NCBI GenBank assembly: GCA_963845565.1
Contig: CAWJSJ010000005.1
Location: 64,001-128,000, forward strand
Origin: an uncultured Methylomirabilota bacterium
GTDB lineage: Bacteria; Methylomirabilota; Methylomirabilia; Methylomirabilales; 2-02-FULL-66-22
Length of the DNA stretch: 64,000 nucleotides
Direction: 5' to 3'
How positions within the stretch are numbered: position 1 is the stretch's first letter; each line of letters opens with the position of its first letter. Below the pieces are notes generated by a model. That model saw only the letters and a list, made by a program, of their open reading frames with translations. It ran no database searches and had not been told where the DNA came from. A program made the translations under genes and the position numbers. Below are positions 9,357 to 19,472 of the stretch, piece after piece.

Positions 9357-10337
9357 ATGGATGGAATCTCTCGCAGGACGCTTCTCAAGGCAGGTGTCGC
9401 CATGGCGGTAACGGCAGGAACGGCCCGAGCAGCGACTTCTCCAATATATCTCGTACGAACCACCGATCGGGCGGACGGCATCCGTCGGGGATTGGCGGCG
9501 CTCGGGTTTCCCGCCACCCGCGGAAAACGCGTGGTCATCAAGCCGAATTTCAACAGCGCCGACGCGTTCCCGGCCTCGACGCACCCGGAAACGCTGGGCG
9601 CCATCGTTCGCCAGGTACAGGCGGGCGGCGCCGGCGAGGTCGTGGTGGCCGATCGGAGCGGGATGGGCGACACTCGCGGCGTCATGGAGCGGAAGGGGAT
9701 CTTCGCCCAGGCCGGCCAGCTCGGTTTCCGCCCCGTGGTGCTGGACGAGACGGCGCCCGAGGGTTGGGCAGAGGAGCGTCTTCCCGGCGGCCACTGGTCC
9801 CGCGGGGTGTTGTTCCCCCGTCTCTTCCAGGAGGCGGACCTCGTCGTGCAGACCTGTTGCCTGAAGACGCATCGGTACGGCGGACACTTCACCATGTCGC
9901 TCAAGAATTCCGTCGGGATGGTGGCCAAGTATTCGCCCCGCGACAACTACAATTACATGGGAGAGCTGCACGGATCCTCCTACCAGCGGCAAATGATCGC
10001 GGAGATCAACCAGCTTTATCGGCCGACCATGGTCGTTCTCGACGGCCTGGAGGGCTTCACCGATGGCGGCCCGGAGAGCGGCACGCTGGTCAAGCCGCAG
10101 GTCATGCTGCTGGGGGCCGATCGGCTGGCGGTGGACGCGGTGGGGGTGGCCATTCTGCGGATGCACGGCGGGAATGCGACCATCTCGCGCGGCCGGGTCT
10201 TCGATCAAGAGCAGATCGCTCGAGCGGCACGATTGGGACTGGGGGCCCAGGGTGCGGACCAGATCGATCTGGTGACCGACGATCCGGAAAGTCGGAAGAC
10301 GGCTGATCGCGTTCGCCAGGCGCTGAAGCAAGGGTAA
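9357..10337 (+). CDS. DUF362 family protein with Tat signal peptide
   Basis: SRRTLLK twin-arginine motif; VVIKPNF, STHP, LKTH...FTMSLKN.VG. Confidence 0.85.
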   Translation: MDGISRRTLLKAGVAMAVTAGTARAATSPIYLVRTTDRADGIRRGLAALGFPATRGKRVVIKPNFNSADAFPASTHPETLGAIVRQVQAGGAGEVVVADRSGMGDTRGVMERKGIFAQAGQLGFRPVVLDETAPEGWAEERLPGGHWSRGVLFPRLFQEADLVVQTCCLKTHRYGGHFTMSLKNSVGMVAKYSPRDNYNYMGELHGSSYQRQMIAEINQLYRPTMVVLDGLEGFTDGGPESGTLVKPQVMLLGADRLAVDAVGVAILRMHGGNATISRGRVFDQEQIARAARLGLGAQGADQIDLVTDDPESRKTADRVRQALKQG

Positions 10338-10397
10338 AGGAGATGGCCCGCGCCGAGAGAGGCGCGGGCCATAGTCATCACCGCCAAGTTGTTCAAG

Positions 10398-10610
10398 CTA
10401 CGGCCGGTAGTAGGCCCCCACGCACAGGACCACGAATCCCGCTACACCGACGATCGTCTTCACGATCTGCAACGCGGATCCTTGCTCGGTAGGGAAGAAG
10501 AACCACGGGATCAGGATCATGAGGCCGCCGGCCACCATGACGCCAATGGATCCGTTCTTCGACAGGTGCTTTTTCGGGCCGAGCCCCTTCTGGGTCGTTT
10601 CTTCGCTCAT
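10398..10610 (-). CDS. small two-TM hypothetical membrane protein
   Basis: 70 aa with two hydrophobic segments; GAAGGAGAG RBS upstream. Confidence 0.65.
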   Translation of the reverse strand: MSEETTQKGLGPKKHLSKNGSIGVMVAGGLMILIPWFFFPTEQGSALQIVKTIVGVAGFVVLCVGAYYRP

Positions 10611-10692
10611 GGCTTCTCTCCTTCATGGCATCCCAAGCGCTGCGCGGGCGAACTCGCGCCCGGCGCCACCGTTCATTGTGAAAAGCGACAGG

Positions 10693-11097
10693 TCAGGAGA
10701 GTGGCGATGCGGCTAGAAACGGCTCACCCGAGTCGCTCGGGTCGCGCGCAGCGAGGTGGTGCGACGGAAGGAAACGCCGAGGAAGCGTATGAGAGGCGAG
10801 GGACGGCTGGAGCATGGGTCGGATGGCGCGCGTCCGCTCGACCCAAGACGGATGACCGTTCCGGTCCGGTTTCGGGAAGGTCACGCGATTGGAGTGGGCC
10901 TGTTTTTCCAGCCGGACGAGGGCGGCAGCCCCCAGCGCCGCTAGGGGAATCTCGGGGGCGCGAAGGGTGACTGACGCGGCGCCATCTGCCGGCGCGATGG
11001 GAGGGCACACGGCAGACCCGGCGACCAACACCAGGGTGACGAGTCCGGCCAAGATCCAGCGGCCCACGAGAAAAGTGCGGAGGTGTCGACAAAGCAT
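10693..11097 (-). CDS. hypothetical protein (uncertain)
   Basis: N-terminal hydrophobic signal-like stretch; no recognisable domain. Confidence 0.3.
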   Translation of the reverse strand: MLCRHLRTFLVGRWILAGLVTLVLVAGSAVCPPIAPADGAASVTLRAPEIPLAALGAAALVRLEKQAHSNRVTFPKPDRNGHPSWVERTRAIRPMLQPSLASHTLPRRFLPSHHLAARDPSDSGEPFLAASPLS

Positions 11098-11380
11098 GCG
11101 AGGCGGCCCCGATCGAGAGTGTGGCCTAACCTATACGCCGCGGCCTGGGCGAAGTCAATGACAGAGTCGGATAGGGGTGCGACAGGGCACGCCCAGCGGG
11201 CGCCAGCCGCCGGCCGGGAAATACGCCGAGCCTCCCGCGGTCGGGATCAACAGGTCGGCGAAATGCTTTCTGCTTGACGCTCACCGCCTGGTTCGGTAGC
11301 GTCCCAACCATCCCACCGCGACGATGGTGGCGGCTTCTCTAGGGAGGTTCGGGCCGAGGGCGGCGGGGGGTGTGACAGGC

Positions 11381-12079
11381 ATGCGGAACTGGATGGACGC
11401 GGGGCGGCCGGCGGGAGTGGCCGGTGTGTTGCTGGTCCTGCTGTTTACGGCTGCGGGGTGTTCTCGTTCCGGCGCGCTCAGCGGAGACGTCGTCGTCCGG
11501 ACGGCCGCGGGCGAACTGATACGCGGCGCACGAATCGGCGTTCAAATCGTCACCTCCACCGAGGCGTTCGAGCGCGAATGGGCGGATGCCATCGCTACAT
11601 TCCGTCATGAGGTAGCGCCCGCCGCAGACGCACAGAAGGCCGCGGCGCAGAAGGCCGAGCAAGCCAGACTGGCATGGACCCGCGCCTTGACCGCACGGGG
11701 AAAAGATCGGGCGCGCGGGGGCCAGTGGACCCTGTCGCTCCGAGACACCAACACCGCCGGCTCGCAGGAACTCTGGAGAAGTGTGCGGGCGACGGAAGGC
11801 CTGGTCTTCCAGGCCCGCAAGCGGGTGGAGGAGATCGTGCGCACGCATGATGCGCAGGCGGTCACGCTCCTCGACAAGCATGCGACGCAGCGCGTCCAGA
11901 CAGACGAGACCGGCCGCTACGTCCTGGTGAAGATCCCGTCGGGAAAGGCCTATCTTGCCGCCCGGCTCCGAGTGGACAAGGCGCAGTTTGTGTGGTTCAT
12001 TCCGGTCCAGGTCCAGGGCGGCGCCCAGCAGCTCGACCTGACAGAACAGAATCAGGGGGGTTGGCCGTTCACGCCCTAG
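11381..12079 (+). CDS. hypothetical lipoprotein
   Basis: Lipobox-like AAGC; C-terminal TDETGRY beta-sandwich-like motif; start uncertain. Confidence 0.6.
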   Translation: MRNWMDAGRPAGVAGVLLVLLFTAAGCSRSGALSGDVVVRTAAGELIRGARIGVQIVTSTEAFEREWADAIATFRHEVAPAADAQKAAAQKAEQARLAWTRALTARGKDRARGGQWTLSLRDTNTAGSQELWRSVRATEGLVFQARKRVEEIVRTHDAQAVTLLDKHATQRVQTDETGRYVLVKIPSGKAYLAARLRVDKAQFVWFIPVQVQGGAQQLDLTEQNQGGWPFTP

Positions 12080-12144
12080 CCGGGTAAGATCCGCGGGGGA
12101 CCTTCTGATTCTCCGTATGTTCCTGGCGACGAGGGGAGAGGGTC

Positions 12145-12816
12145 GTGTGCGGACGATTCAGCCTTGGCGGCACGGTCCGGGTCGGACAGCTCTTTGAGCT
12201 GCCGAACTGGCCCGAGACGCCGCCGCGGTACAACATCGCCCCGAGCCAGGAGGTCTCCGCGGTAATCCGGACTCGCGAGACGGCGGTGCGAGAGTTCCGG
12301 TCTTTCCGGTGGGGCCTCGTGCCGTCCTGGGCAAGAGACCCGACCCTCGGTAACCGGCTCATCAACGCTCGCGCCGAAACCGTGGCAGTGAAGCCGGCCT
12401 TCCGCAAACCGCTCCGTGAGCGCCGCTGTCTTGTCCTCGCCGACGGCTTCTACGAGTGGGAGCAGCAAGGCCGGCGGAAGCAGCCCTGGTTTTTTCGAAT
12501 GCGCGACAGCCGACCGTTCGCCTTCGCCGGACTCTGGGACCGGTGGCAACTCCCCTCGGGCGAGCCGTTCGAGACATGTGCGATCGTGACCACCGAGGCG
12601 AACGAAGTTGTCGGACGTGTCCATGGCCGGATGCCGGTGATCCTGCCCCCCGCAGCCTATAGCCTCTGGCTGGACCCGATATGTCAGGATGTCGAGCAGG
12701 CGCAGGCGGTTCTGCGCCCCTATGCTGCCGAGGAAATGGTGGCGTATCCGGTCGGTACGCAAGTGAACAGTCCCGCGCACGATTCTCCGGACCTGATCGT
12801 TCCCTTGGTTGGCTGA
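12145..12816 (+). CDS. SOS response-associated peptidase (SRAP/YedK/HMCES family, abasic-site protecting)
   Basis: N-terminal (M)CGRF, YNIAPSQ, WGLVP, INARAET, ADGFYEW, HGRMP. Confidence 0.95.
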   Translation: MCGRFSLGGTVRVGQLFELPNWPETPPRYNIAPSQEVSAVIRTRETAVREFRSFRWGLVPSWARDPTLGNRLINARAETVAVKPAFRKPLRERRCLVLADGFYEWEQQGRRKQPWFFRMRDSRPFAFAGLWDRWQLPSGEPFETCAIVTTEANEVVGRVHGRMPVILPPAAYSLWLDPICQDVEQAQAVLRPYAAEEMVAYPVGTQVNSPAHDSPDLIVPLVG

Positions 12817-12875
12817 CGGGGGCCGCGGTGCGGGAGCCCAGCGGGCGGTTTCCGGTGGGCGTGGAGGCGTGAGGG

Positions 12876-13901
12876 ATGAAGATTCGGGCCAGGTATCGTT
12901 GCGGGTGTCTTCTTCTCGCAGGATGCGCCGCGCTCACCGCCTGCGCCCCGTCGGCGCCGCCGACCGTCTCGACATCCGAAAGCCAGGCGGGCGTCAAGGC
13001 TCTCGCCCAGGACGCGCTGTCTCGACGCGACCGGCTCATGCCGGAACCCTACCCCTGCGGGACCGGCTGGACCGAGACACCGACCGGGTATGTGGTCGCG
13101 GTTTCGTCGTGGGCGGAACAGGCCGGACTCCGTCCCGGTGATCGGATCGTGACCGTCGGCGGCGTGCAGGTGTCCGGCGACCAGGAACGCACTCAGGCAT
13201 ACCGCCGGGTTCCGGCAGGGGGACCGTTCGTCGTCGGGGTGATCCGGCGGAACCAGTCCGCCACGGTGTCGCTGCCTTGCCGGTATCAGCCCGACCTCTT
13301 CGGGGCCGAACGGCGGACACTCGACGCGGCCAGCCGCGGCGATTGGGATGGGTGCCTTGTCGCCGCACGAGAGGCGAGGCGCTTCGCGGGGTTCACGGCG
13401 TACGCGAACGTCATATGGGAGCAATCATGCCTCAGGGCGAAGAATCCGTCCATGACGTCACCCGAAGGAGCGGAGTTTGCCGCGCGGTCTTTCGAGGCCG
13501 CCCAGCTGTTATTGCGGGATAGCCGTTTCGTTCCGGGAGGAACCGTGGATGCGCAGGGGACGGTGCGTCAGATCGCCGACGACCTCAAGCGATCCGGCTT
13601 CCCTGCGTATGCGAACGATCTGGAGGCGCAACTCCAAGCAGCCTTGGCGACTCTTCCGCGGCTGCAGTTGACCTGGGCGGACAACTCCACCAACGAGGAG
13701 AGTTTCGTCGTGGAGCGAAAGACCGGACAGGCGGGAACGTACCAGCACGTTGCCACACTGCCCCCGAACACGACGACGTACGTAGATATGTCCGTCGAGG
13801 AGGGCGTGACATACTGCTATCGCATCAGGGCGGTGAACGCCGCCGGTCGCTCCGGCTACACCAACGAAGGGTGCGCCTTGCCGAAAACGCCAACCCCCTA
13901 G
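12876..13901 (+). CDS. lipoprotein with PDZ-like and C-terminal fibronectin type III domains
   Basis: Lipobox-like LTAC; AEQAGLRPGDRIVTVGG (PDZ); LTWADNSTNEESFVVER...YCYRIRAVN (FN3). Confidence 0.75.
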   Translation: MKIRARYRCGCLLLAGCAALTACAPSAPPTVSTSESQAGVKALAQDALSRRDRLMPEPYPCGTGWTETPTGYVVAVSSWAEQAGLRPGDRIVTVGGVQVSGDQERTQAYRRVPAGGPFVVGVIRRNQSATVSLPCRYQPDLFGAERRTLDAASRGDWDGCLVAAREARRFAGFTAYANVIWEQSCLRAKNPSMTSPEGAEFAARSFEAAQLLLRDSRFVPGGTVDAQGTVRQIADDLKRSGFPAYANDLEAQLQAALATLPRLQLTWADNSTNEESFVVERKTGQAGTYQHVATLPPNTTTYVDMSVEEGVTYCYRIRAVNAAGRSGYTNEGCALPKTPTP

Positions 13902-14018
13902 CCCGCATTACTCGCGAACACAACTCGCGAACAATGCGGGCTTCCCAAGAAACTCCCACATTCCGTACCGTATCCCACCGCGGGCTCGACGACGCGCTTT
14001 CGCATCTTTGACAACGGC

Positions 14019-14804
14019 TCACGTGGCCTTAGACGGAACAGGAGAGGCCAGCAAGGTCTCGACAAAGGCAGCGATGGCCACCCGTGCCTCGGGCGGCAAT
14101 TCCACGAACTTGACGGCCATGCCTGCGGGGTACGGGTGTTCGTCTCCCGGGCCCCGGATCCATACGACCCGGGCGGTGCTCTCGACGGGGTCGGAGTCCG
14201 GGAGCGCGAAGTGGAGGGTGATGTGGGTTCCGATTTCCGGTGGTTTCTCGGTTACGATGAACATCCCGTCCTGGCTGAGATTGAGTGTCTTGGCTGTGCC
14301 TGTGCAATCAGCATGGGTGTAATCCACACCGAGCGCCACCGAGGCGCGGGGAGCGGTGCGGCGGGTCAGGGGCGTGTTGAAGACCATCTGCACCATGTTC
14401 AGGAGGCGCGCCGTGTCGATGCCTATCGGGACGGACGCCACGGCGTTCGGCTCGGAGATGTTCCGGTTCGACGGCGTCTGAGACCCGGCGGTGAGCAGGA
14501 TCACGGGGATCGCCTCGGTGAGCGGGTCCACGCGAAGGCGCCTGCACACCTCCGCGCCATCCAGATCCGGGAGTTCGGCGTCGAGCAGGATAGCGTCGGG
14601 CGGGACCGTCCGCGCCACCTTCAGACCCTCCGCTCCGCTGACGGCCACGAGCACCTTGGACGCTCCGGAACGGAGAAGGCTCTGGCGCAGGGCAACGAAT
14701 AAGGGTTTGTCACCTACCAAGAGGATCCGTCGGAGAGACGCCTTGCCCGTTTGCGCGGACTTCGATCCGTTTCCCTGGCCGCCGTTCGCTCGATCGGTTC
14801 CCAT
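14019..14804 (-). CDS. response regulator receiver + PilZ domain protein
   Basis: PDAILLD..LPDLDG receiver; RRTAPR and NLSQDG PilZ motifs. Confidence 0.85.
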   Translation of the reverse strand: MGTDRANGGQGNGSKSAQTGKASLRRILLVGDKPLFVALRQSLLRSGASKVLVAVSGAEGLKVARTVPPDAILLDAELPDLDGAEVCRRLRVDPLTEAIPVILLTAGSQTPSNRNISEPNAVASVPIGIDTARLLNMVQMVFNTPLTRRTAPRASVALGVDYTHADCTGTAKTLNLSQDGMFIVTEKPPEIGTHITLHFALPDSDPVESTARVVWIRGPGDEHPYPAGMAVKFVELPPEARVAIAAFVETLLASPVPSKAT

Positions 14805-15110
14805 GGCGTTTCCCCCTCTGATCCGGAAAGATGGCCGAGCGGAATCAGACTTTTCCCCCTAACCGGTAGAGGACCGTTTTACGGTTGTCAACTGGAACGT
14901 GTGCAGGGGCCCAACGAGGGTACGTAACTCCACCATCGATGCGCGTGCGTTCTTGGCGGACCCCGCGAGGCCGACGCGCACCGAGACCGGCGCTCGCTTG
15001 ACACGACACAGTTACGGCGATACGGTCACCCCTAGTGCGGCGCGTCGGCTGTTTTCCCTGGGGTACGCGCCGGAGTGCATTTCCTGCACGCGACCGCGTC
15101 GAGGTGTGTG

Positions 15111-15500
15111 ATGGCCGAGTATCAAGAGAAGCGTGCCGCGCCGCGGACGTCTCTCCCCAAAGACTATATCGCGCTGGCACAAAACGCCGTCGAGGTTCAC
15201 CTCGTGGACCTCAGCCTCACGGGCGCTCGGATCGAACACTGGGGACTGCTCAACCCGGGCGCGAAGTGCGAGTTGCGCCTTCCGGCGCCACTGGGGAACG
15301 TGACCATCTCCGCCCAGGTTGTGTGGTGCACGATTCTGCGCGCAGAACGCCGGGCCGGCGGAGACCGACAACTCCGCTCGTCCAGCGGGCTAAGGTTTGC
15401 GGCACTCACGACCCATCAGCAAGCGGTCTTGGCCGGAACCTTGGAACAATTGACACGGACGACCCTCCCTTCGCTTGACAGTCATAGCCGCTCGGCGTAA
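15111..15500 (+). CDS. PilZ domain protein (paralog 1)
   Basis: KRAAPR and DLSLTG motifs, AQVVWC, SGLRF; GAGG RBS. Confidence 0.85.
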   Translation: MAEYQEKRAAPRTSLPKDYIALAQNAVEVHLVDLSLTGARIEHWGLLNPGAKCELRLPAPLGNVTISAQVVWCTILRAERRAGGDRQLRSSSGLRFAALTTHQQAVLAGTLEQLTRTTLPSLDSHSRSA

Positions 15501-15548
15501 CCTTCCGACGGATTCTTCTCTCCCACACCAGGATACGAGGCGTCAATT

Positions 15549-16082
15549 ATGGGTCGGACGACCGTTTGCCCCATTTGCCGATCGACCCAACCGGCGAATG
15601 GGGATCACGTCGAAGATCGGCCCGTGTCGGTCTGCGCCGGGTGCGGTGCGCCGCTCGGCGAGCCATCGTGCGACGAGGGACAACCGTCATCCGGTCGGCC
15701 GACGGTACTCTGCATCGATGACGATCCATTCGTGCTCAGCTTCTACGTCACCTTCCTCGAATCGCGCGGTTATCGAACGCTTACCGTCGAAGACGGACTC
15801 CGGGGCATCGAGATCGCCAAGCGTGAACTCCCGGACGTGATCTTGCTGGACGTCATGCTGCGCGGACTGAGCGGATTCGATATCTGCCGGAAGCTTCACG
15901 ACGTCGATGAACTGCAAAGCACACCCATCATTCTGCTGACCGTTCTGGACGAACCCGGCATCAGCATTACCGGACGAGAAGCCGGGGCCACGATCATCCT
16001 GCGCAAGGCTGCGGGGCCCGAGATGATCGTGGCCGCCATAGCGCAGGTGCTCGGCTTGAGCACCGGCCCGGCTCTGTTGTAA
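15549..16082 (+). CDS. response regulator receiver with N-terminal CxxC-CxxC zinc ribbon
   Basis: CPIC...CAGC, then VLCIDDD, PDVILLDVML, IILLT, K. Confidence 0.85.
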   Translation: MGRTTVCPICRSTQPANGDHVEDRPVSVCAGCGAPLGEPSCDEGQPSSGRPTVLCIDDDPFVLSFYVTFLESRGYRTLTVEDGLRGIEIAKRELPDVILLDVMLRGLSGFDICRKLHDVDELQSTPIILLTVLDEPGISITGREAGATIILRKAAGPEMIVAAIAQVLGLSTGPALL

Positions 16083-16256
16083 GCGGCCGCCGCGCCGCGC
16101 TTCCTTGGACCAGGAGGCGTCAGGGCGGACGCCCGCGTTCCGCGGCACGCGCGCCGGCACGCACCGGACGCGTTTCACCATGCCGCGGCATGGCGGGCGG
16201 CACGAGTTCGCCGGCCCCCAAAAGACACTGCTGGCAAAGAGGAGACGATTACCACG

Positions 16257-16995
16257 ATGGAATCCCCCGAAGGCATGCAGTCCAATGCGTTGCTCCGGCG
16301 CTTGGAAGAGGACGGGGCGGTCGCGTATGCGAACCGCATCCCCGTCGGATTCAAATTACAGCCGGTGGCCGTCCAGCCGGATTGGCGATTCGAGGTGGCC
16401 CGAAAGGAGGCCATCGAAGAGCACTGCGAGGGGCACTTTCTGCTGCCCTCCGGCAAGCATACCAATGTGTATATCCAGGTGTCGCTCGGACTACGTTACG
16501 TCGGGACGAGTAAGGCCATCGGCTTTCAGTTGTACAAGCGACTCCGCGAGGCGGGACTCCTGGACCAGATCGATGTAATCCTCGGGCCGCCGGTCGGGGC
16601 CCTGGCCGTCGTGACCGCGCTCCAGTACACCATCGACTCCGCCAAGATCGAGGCGATGTACCTGGATCGGGATCCGGCGGGGACGTTCCGGCTCGGCCGC
16701 GGTTTCCAACTGCAGGGAGGGAAGCGGATCCTGCTTGTCGATGACGTCTTTACGACCGGGGGGTCGCTCCGCAAAGCCATACGGGCCTGCAATGAGTCCG
16801 TCCGGGACCGCGGGGAGGAGTGCAACTTTCGTCGGGGCGGCCGTCGTGCTGAATCGTGTGAGCGATCCTGACGTGTTCCGCCTCGCCACGGTCACGATGC
16901 CCATCGTCTCTGCCGTCGACTACCCCCTCCAGGATTGGGATCCCTCGCTGTGCCCCTATTGTGCCCGCCACGTTCCCTTGTTCGCCGTTCAATAG
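16257..16995 (+). pseudogene. divergent orotate phosphoribosyltransferase-like gene, +1 frameshift near 16826-16830
   Basis: GHFLLPSGKH, LLVDDVFTTGGS PRT motif; C-terminus VGAAVVLNR...CPYC continues in the +1 frame. Confidence 0.75.
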
Positions 16996-17133
16996 GATCG
17001 GAGGGCGGGGAGCGAGGGGAGACGGCCAGGTCGGCGTTGTCGCGGCCGCTATCGACTCGTGCGCCCCAAGATGTGTGTGCGCGGATGGGCATCGTTGCGG
17101 CTACACTGTATGCCGCTTGCAGGTACGAGGTAC

Positions 17134-17234
17134 GCCGTCGTCAAAGAATTAGTTGAGCGGAGACATTCCGAAACGGCTTAAGGAGCCGTAGCTGAGATAG
17201 AACAGAGATGTATAGGTTATTTCGTAACGGCTCC
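17134..17234. mobile_element. MITE-like repeat family A, copy 1
   Basis: GCCGTCGTCAAAGAAT...AACGGC-TTAA-GGAGCCGT...TATTTCGTAACGGCTCC; matches copies at 47937 and 56730. Confidence 0.8.
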
Positions 17235-17239
17235 TAGCC

Positions 17240-17630
17240 ATGGCTGAGGTACGGGACAGGCGCGCGGTGCCGCGAATGGCGCTGGTCGAGCGCCCCGAGG
17301 CGCGGGTGCGAGGCATGCGGGAGGTCCGCCTCCTCGACCTCAGTCTCACCGGCGCGCAGATCGAGCACCTCGACCTCTTCCGGCTCGGTGCCGCCTGTGC
17401 TCTCGATCTCCCACCGCCCTTCGGCGCCCCAAGCCTGCCCGCCGAGGTAGTCTGGTGCACCGTGGTCGGACGGAAGCGCACGCGGGGAGGCGAATCCCAT
17501 CTCGTGGCCCGCAGCGGCCTCCGGTTCGCCACGCTCACCGTCTGCGCAGCAGGCGGCCCTCGCCGACACCCTGCAGCACGTTGCGGCAGCGCTCCAGCCC
17601 ATCGCTTGACACCCCACGACGTTCGGCGTA
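17240..17630 (+). pseudogene. PilZ domain protein (paralog 2), frameshifted near 17543 and 17601
   Basis: RRAVPR, DLSLTG; alignment to 19473-19862 needs removal of two single bases; RBS separated from ATG by a MITE. Confidence 0.75.
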
Positions 17631-17893
17631 CTTTCGGTTCGACCATCCCCGTATCATTCGGTGTCCCGGTTGGGACGCTGACCGCTCGCGGCCCGTCGGC
17701 CACCGTTCTTGACATAAAGCCCACGCGTGTCTTTGCCAGTCGTCTCCGTGCCACTGGGAGGCATCATCGCGTCCTTGAGGTTGCGACACTTGCGAAGTGG
17801 CGACGGCGCGATTTCCAGCCTGGAAGTCGACAACCGGAGACAATCGCTCGTCCGGGACCGATGAGGTGACGACGGGCAAGGAGGTGGGACATC

Positions 17894-18449
17894 ATGTGCA
17901 GATCGCGTCTCTTATTCCTGTTGGCGATGATATTGTTGGTGTCCTCCTGCGCGTCGCCGCGATTCATGAAACCGACGACGACGTCGTTGCAGCCGACCGA
18001 GGGAAAGGCAGTTGGTGCGGTTGTTGTTCCGCGGACCGGCGGGTACCTTTGGGCTGGTGAGACGTTTCTGGGGACTGGGTGGCGATCAGCCCAGTTCGAC
18101 TACCACGCGAGTCCCGGGAAGCATATCTTCTTCATGACCGCGGAGAACAAAGCCTTCCTGGAGGCTGACCTGGACGGCGGCAAGACGTATTACATCGTCG
18201 GGCGAGTCTGGTCAGGGTGCCTGGCGACATGCGGGTCGGCCTGGTGGCCGTGAATCGGGGAGGCGAGTACTGGGAAAAGGTCAACGAGTGGGAGCAGAGC
18301 CTCACGCGATACGCGCTCGACCCCGACGCGTTGGCGAAATATGAGGCGGAACACAAAGACGAGCATGCGGGCGCTGCTCGCCGAGTATGAGCGAACCGTG
18401 GAAACACGAGTATGGCTGGCCGAAGTTGAACCGGGAGGACGGCAGGTAA
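17894..18449 (+). pseudogene. lipoprotein with several +1 frameshifts
   Basis: Lipobox VSSC; PGKHIFF...ADLDGGKTYY; downstream coding sense (MRVGLVAVNRGGEYWEKV...) continues through successive frame changes. Confidence 0.55.
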
Positions 18450-18562
18450 CTGAAATAAGTAAAGGGCGTCCCCTATACGTGCGAAGGTGAAAACACCACG
18501 AGCGCCGAGGGGATCCCCGACGCTCGTGCAGGAACTCCGTCGCGGTAGCGTGTTGGCCCCGG

Positions 18563-18868
18563 TCACGCGGGCGGGTACTCGATCCGAAACCGAGGGACAG
18601 TCTCCTTGATCATGGCGGCGAACCATTGGGCCGTTTCGGCCCGTTCTTTGCGGAGGCGCTCGGTCTCGACCTGGAGCCTCCGGACCTCTTCGCGCAATTC
18701 CTCACAATTCTGCTGGAATCGCTCGCATTCCTTCTGGGCAGCCTCCGCCACCACCTTGAACTGGCTGCGCTCGCGCAGAACCTGGCGAATCCTCTCGAAG
18801 GCTGCCGGACTTTCTTCCATCCACCGAATTGCCCGCTCCCCCTCTGGTCCCACCATCACACTTGTCAT
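18563..18868 (-). CDS. small coiled-coil hypothetical protein
   Basis: E/R/Q-rich heptad pattern; GGGGAGAG RBS before the ATG at 18868. Confidence 0.6.
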   Translation of the reverse strand: MTSVMVGPEGERAIRWMEESPAAFERIRQVLRERSQFKVVAEAAQKECERFQQNCEELREEVRRLQVETERLRKERAETAQWFAAMIKETVPRFRIEYPPA

Positions 18869-19472
18869 GGGTCGCTCTCCCCGGCGTTTCGTTTCCTGAT
18901 GCTGATCGTGGGTGGTGACGCCTCTGGAACACTGATATCTCCAGGCAAGGTAGCCCACCACTAGAGGGGCGCAGGCGAGGAGCATCAGGGTGATGAACGA
19001 GGGCATCTGCGCCCTGCCTCCCAGCGGCGCGCGGACTACTTGCGGTGCCGTCTCCAGACGGTGTCACCTGGGGCCAGAGCGACCTCCCGCGCCAAGGGGA
19101 GGAGGCCGTCATGGCACACTGCCCCTTTTGGACAGAGTCCTGTTTATGACCAAGAGCATAGAACGTGCCTAGCTATTGGACATTACGACGTGCTGACCCT
19201 CGTCTTTGCATCATCCAGAATGGTGGCACGCAGTTGCAGTACAGTGGGTCTGGCGGGGTATCGGGAGGACGCATTCGTGCCGGGGCGGAAAGTGTAAGGT
19301 CGGCCGACGGTCGGGGCAGCGGCAACTGGACCGGAGCGCGGCGGCGACGCGCGCGCGCACGCCACGATCCGGCGCAGCTCGCGGTCACGGCCTCCTCGCG
19401 AACTGCACGATTGTCCGTGGGCTGGGCGCGTCGCTGTGGTAGACTGCTTCCGGTCGCAGATACGAGGTCGCC

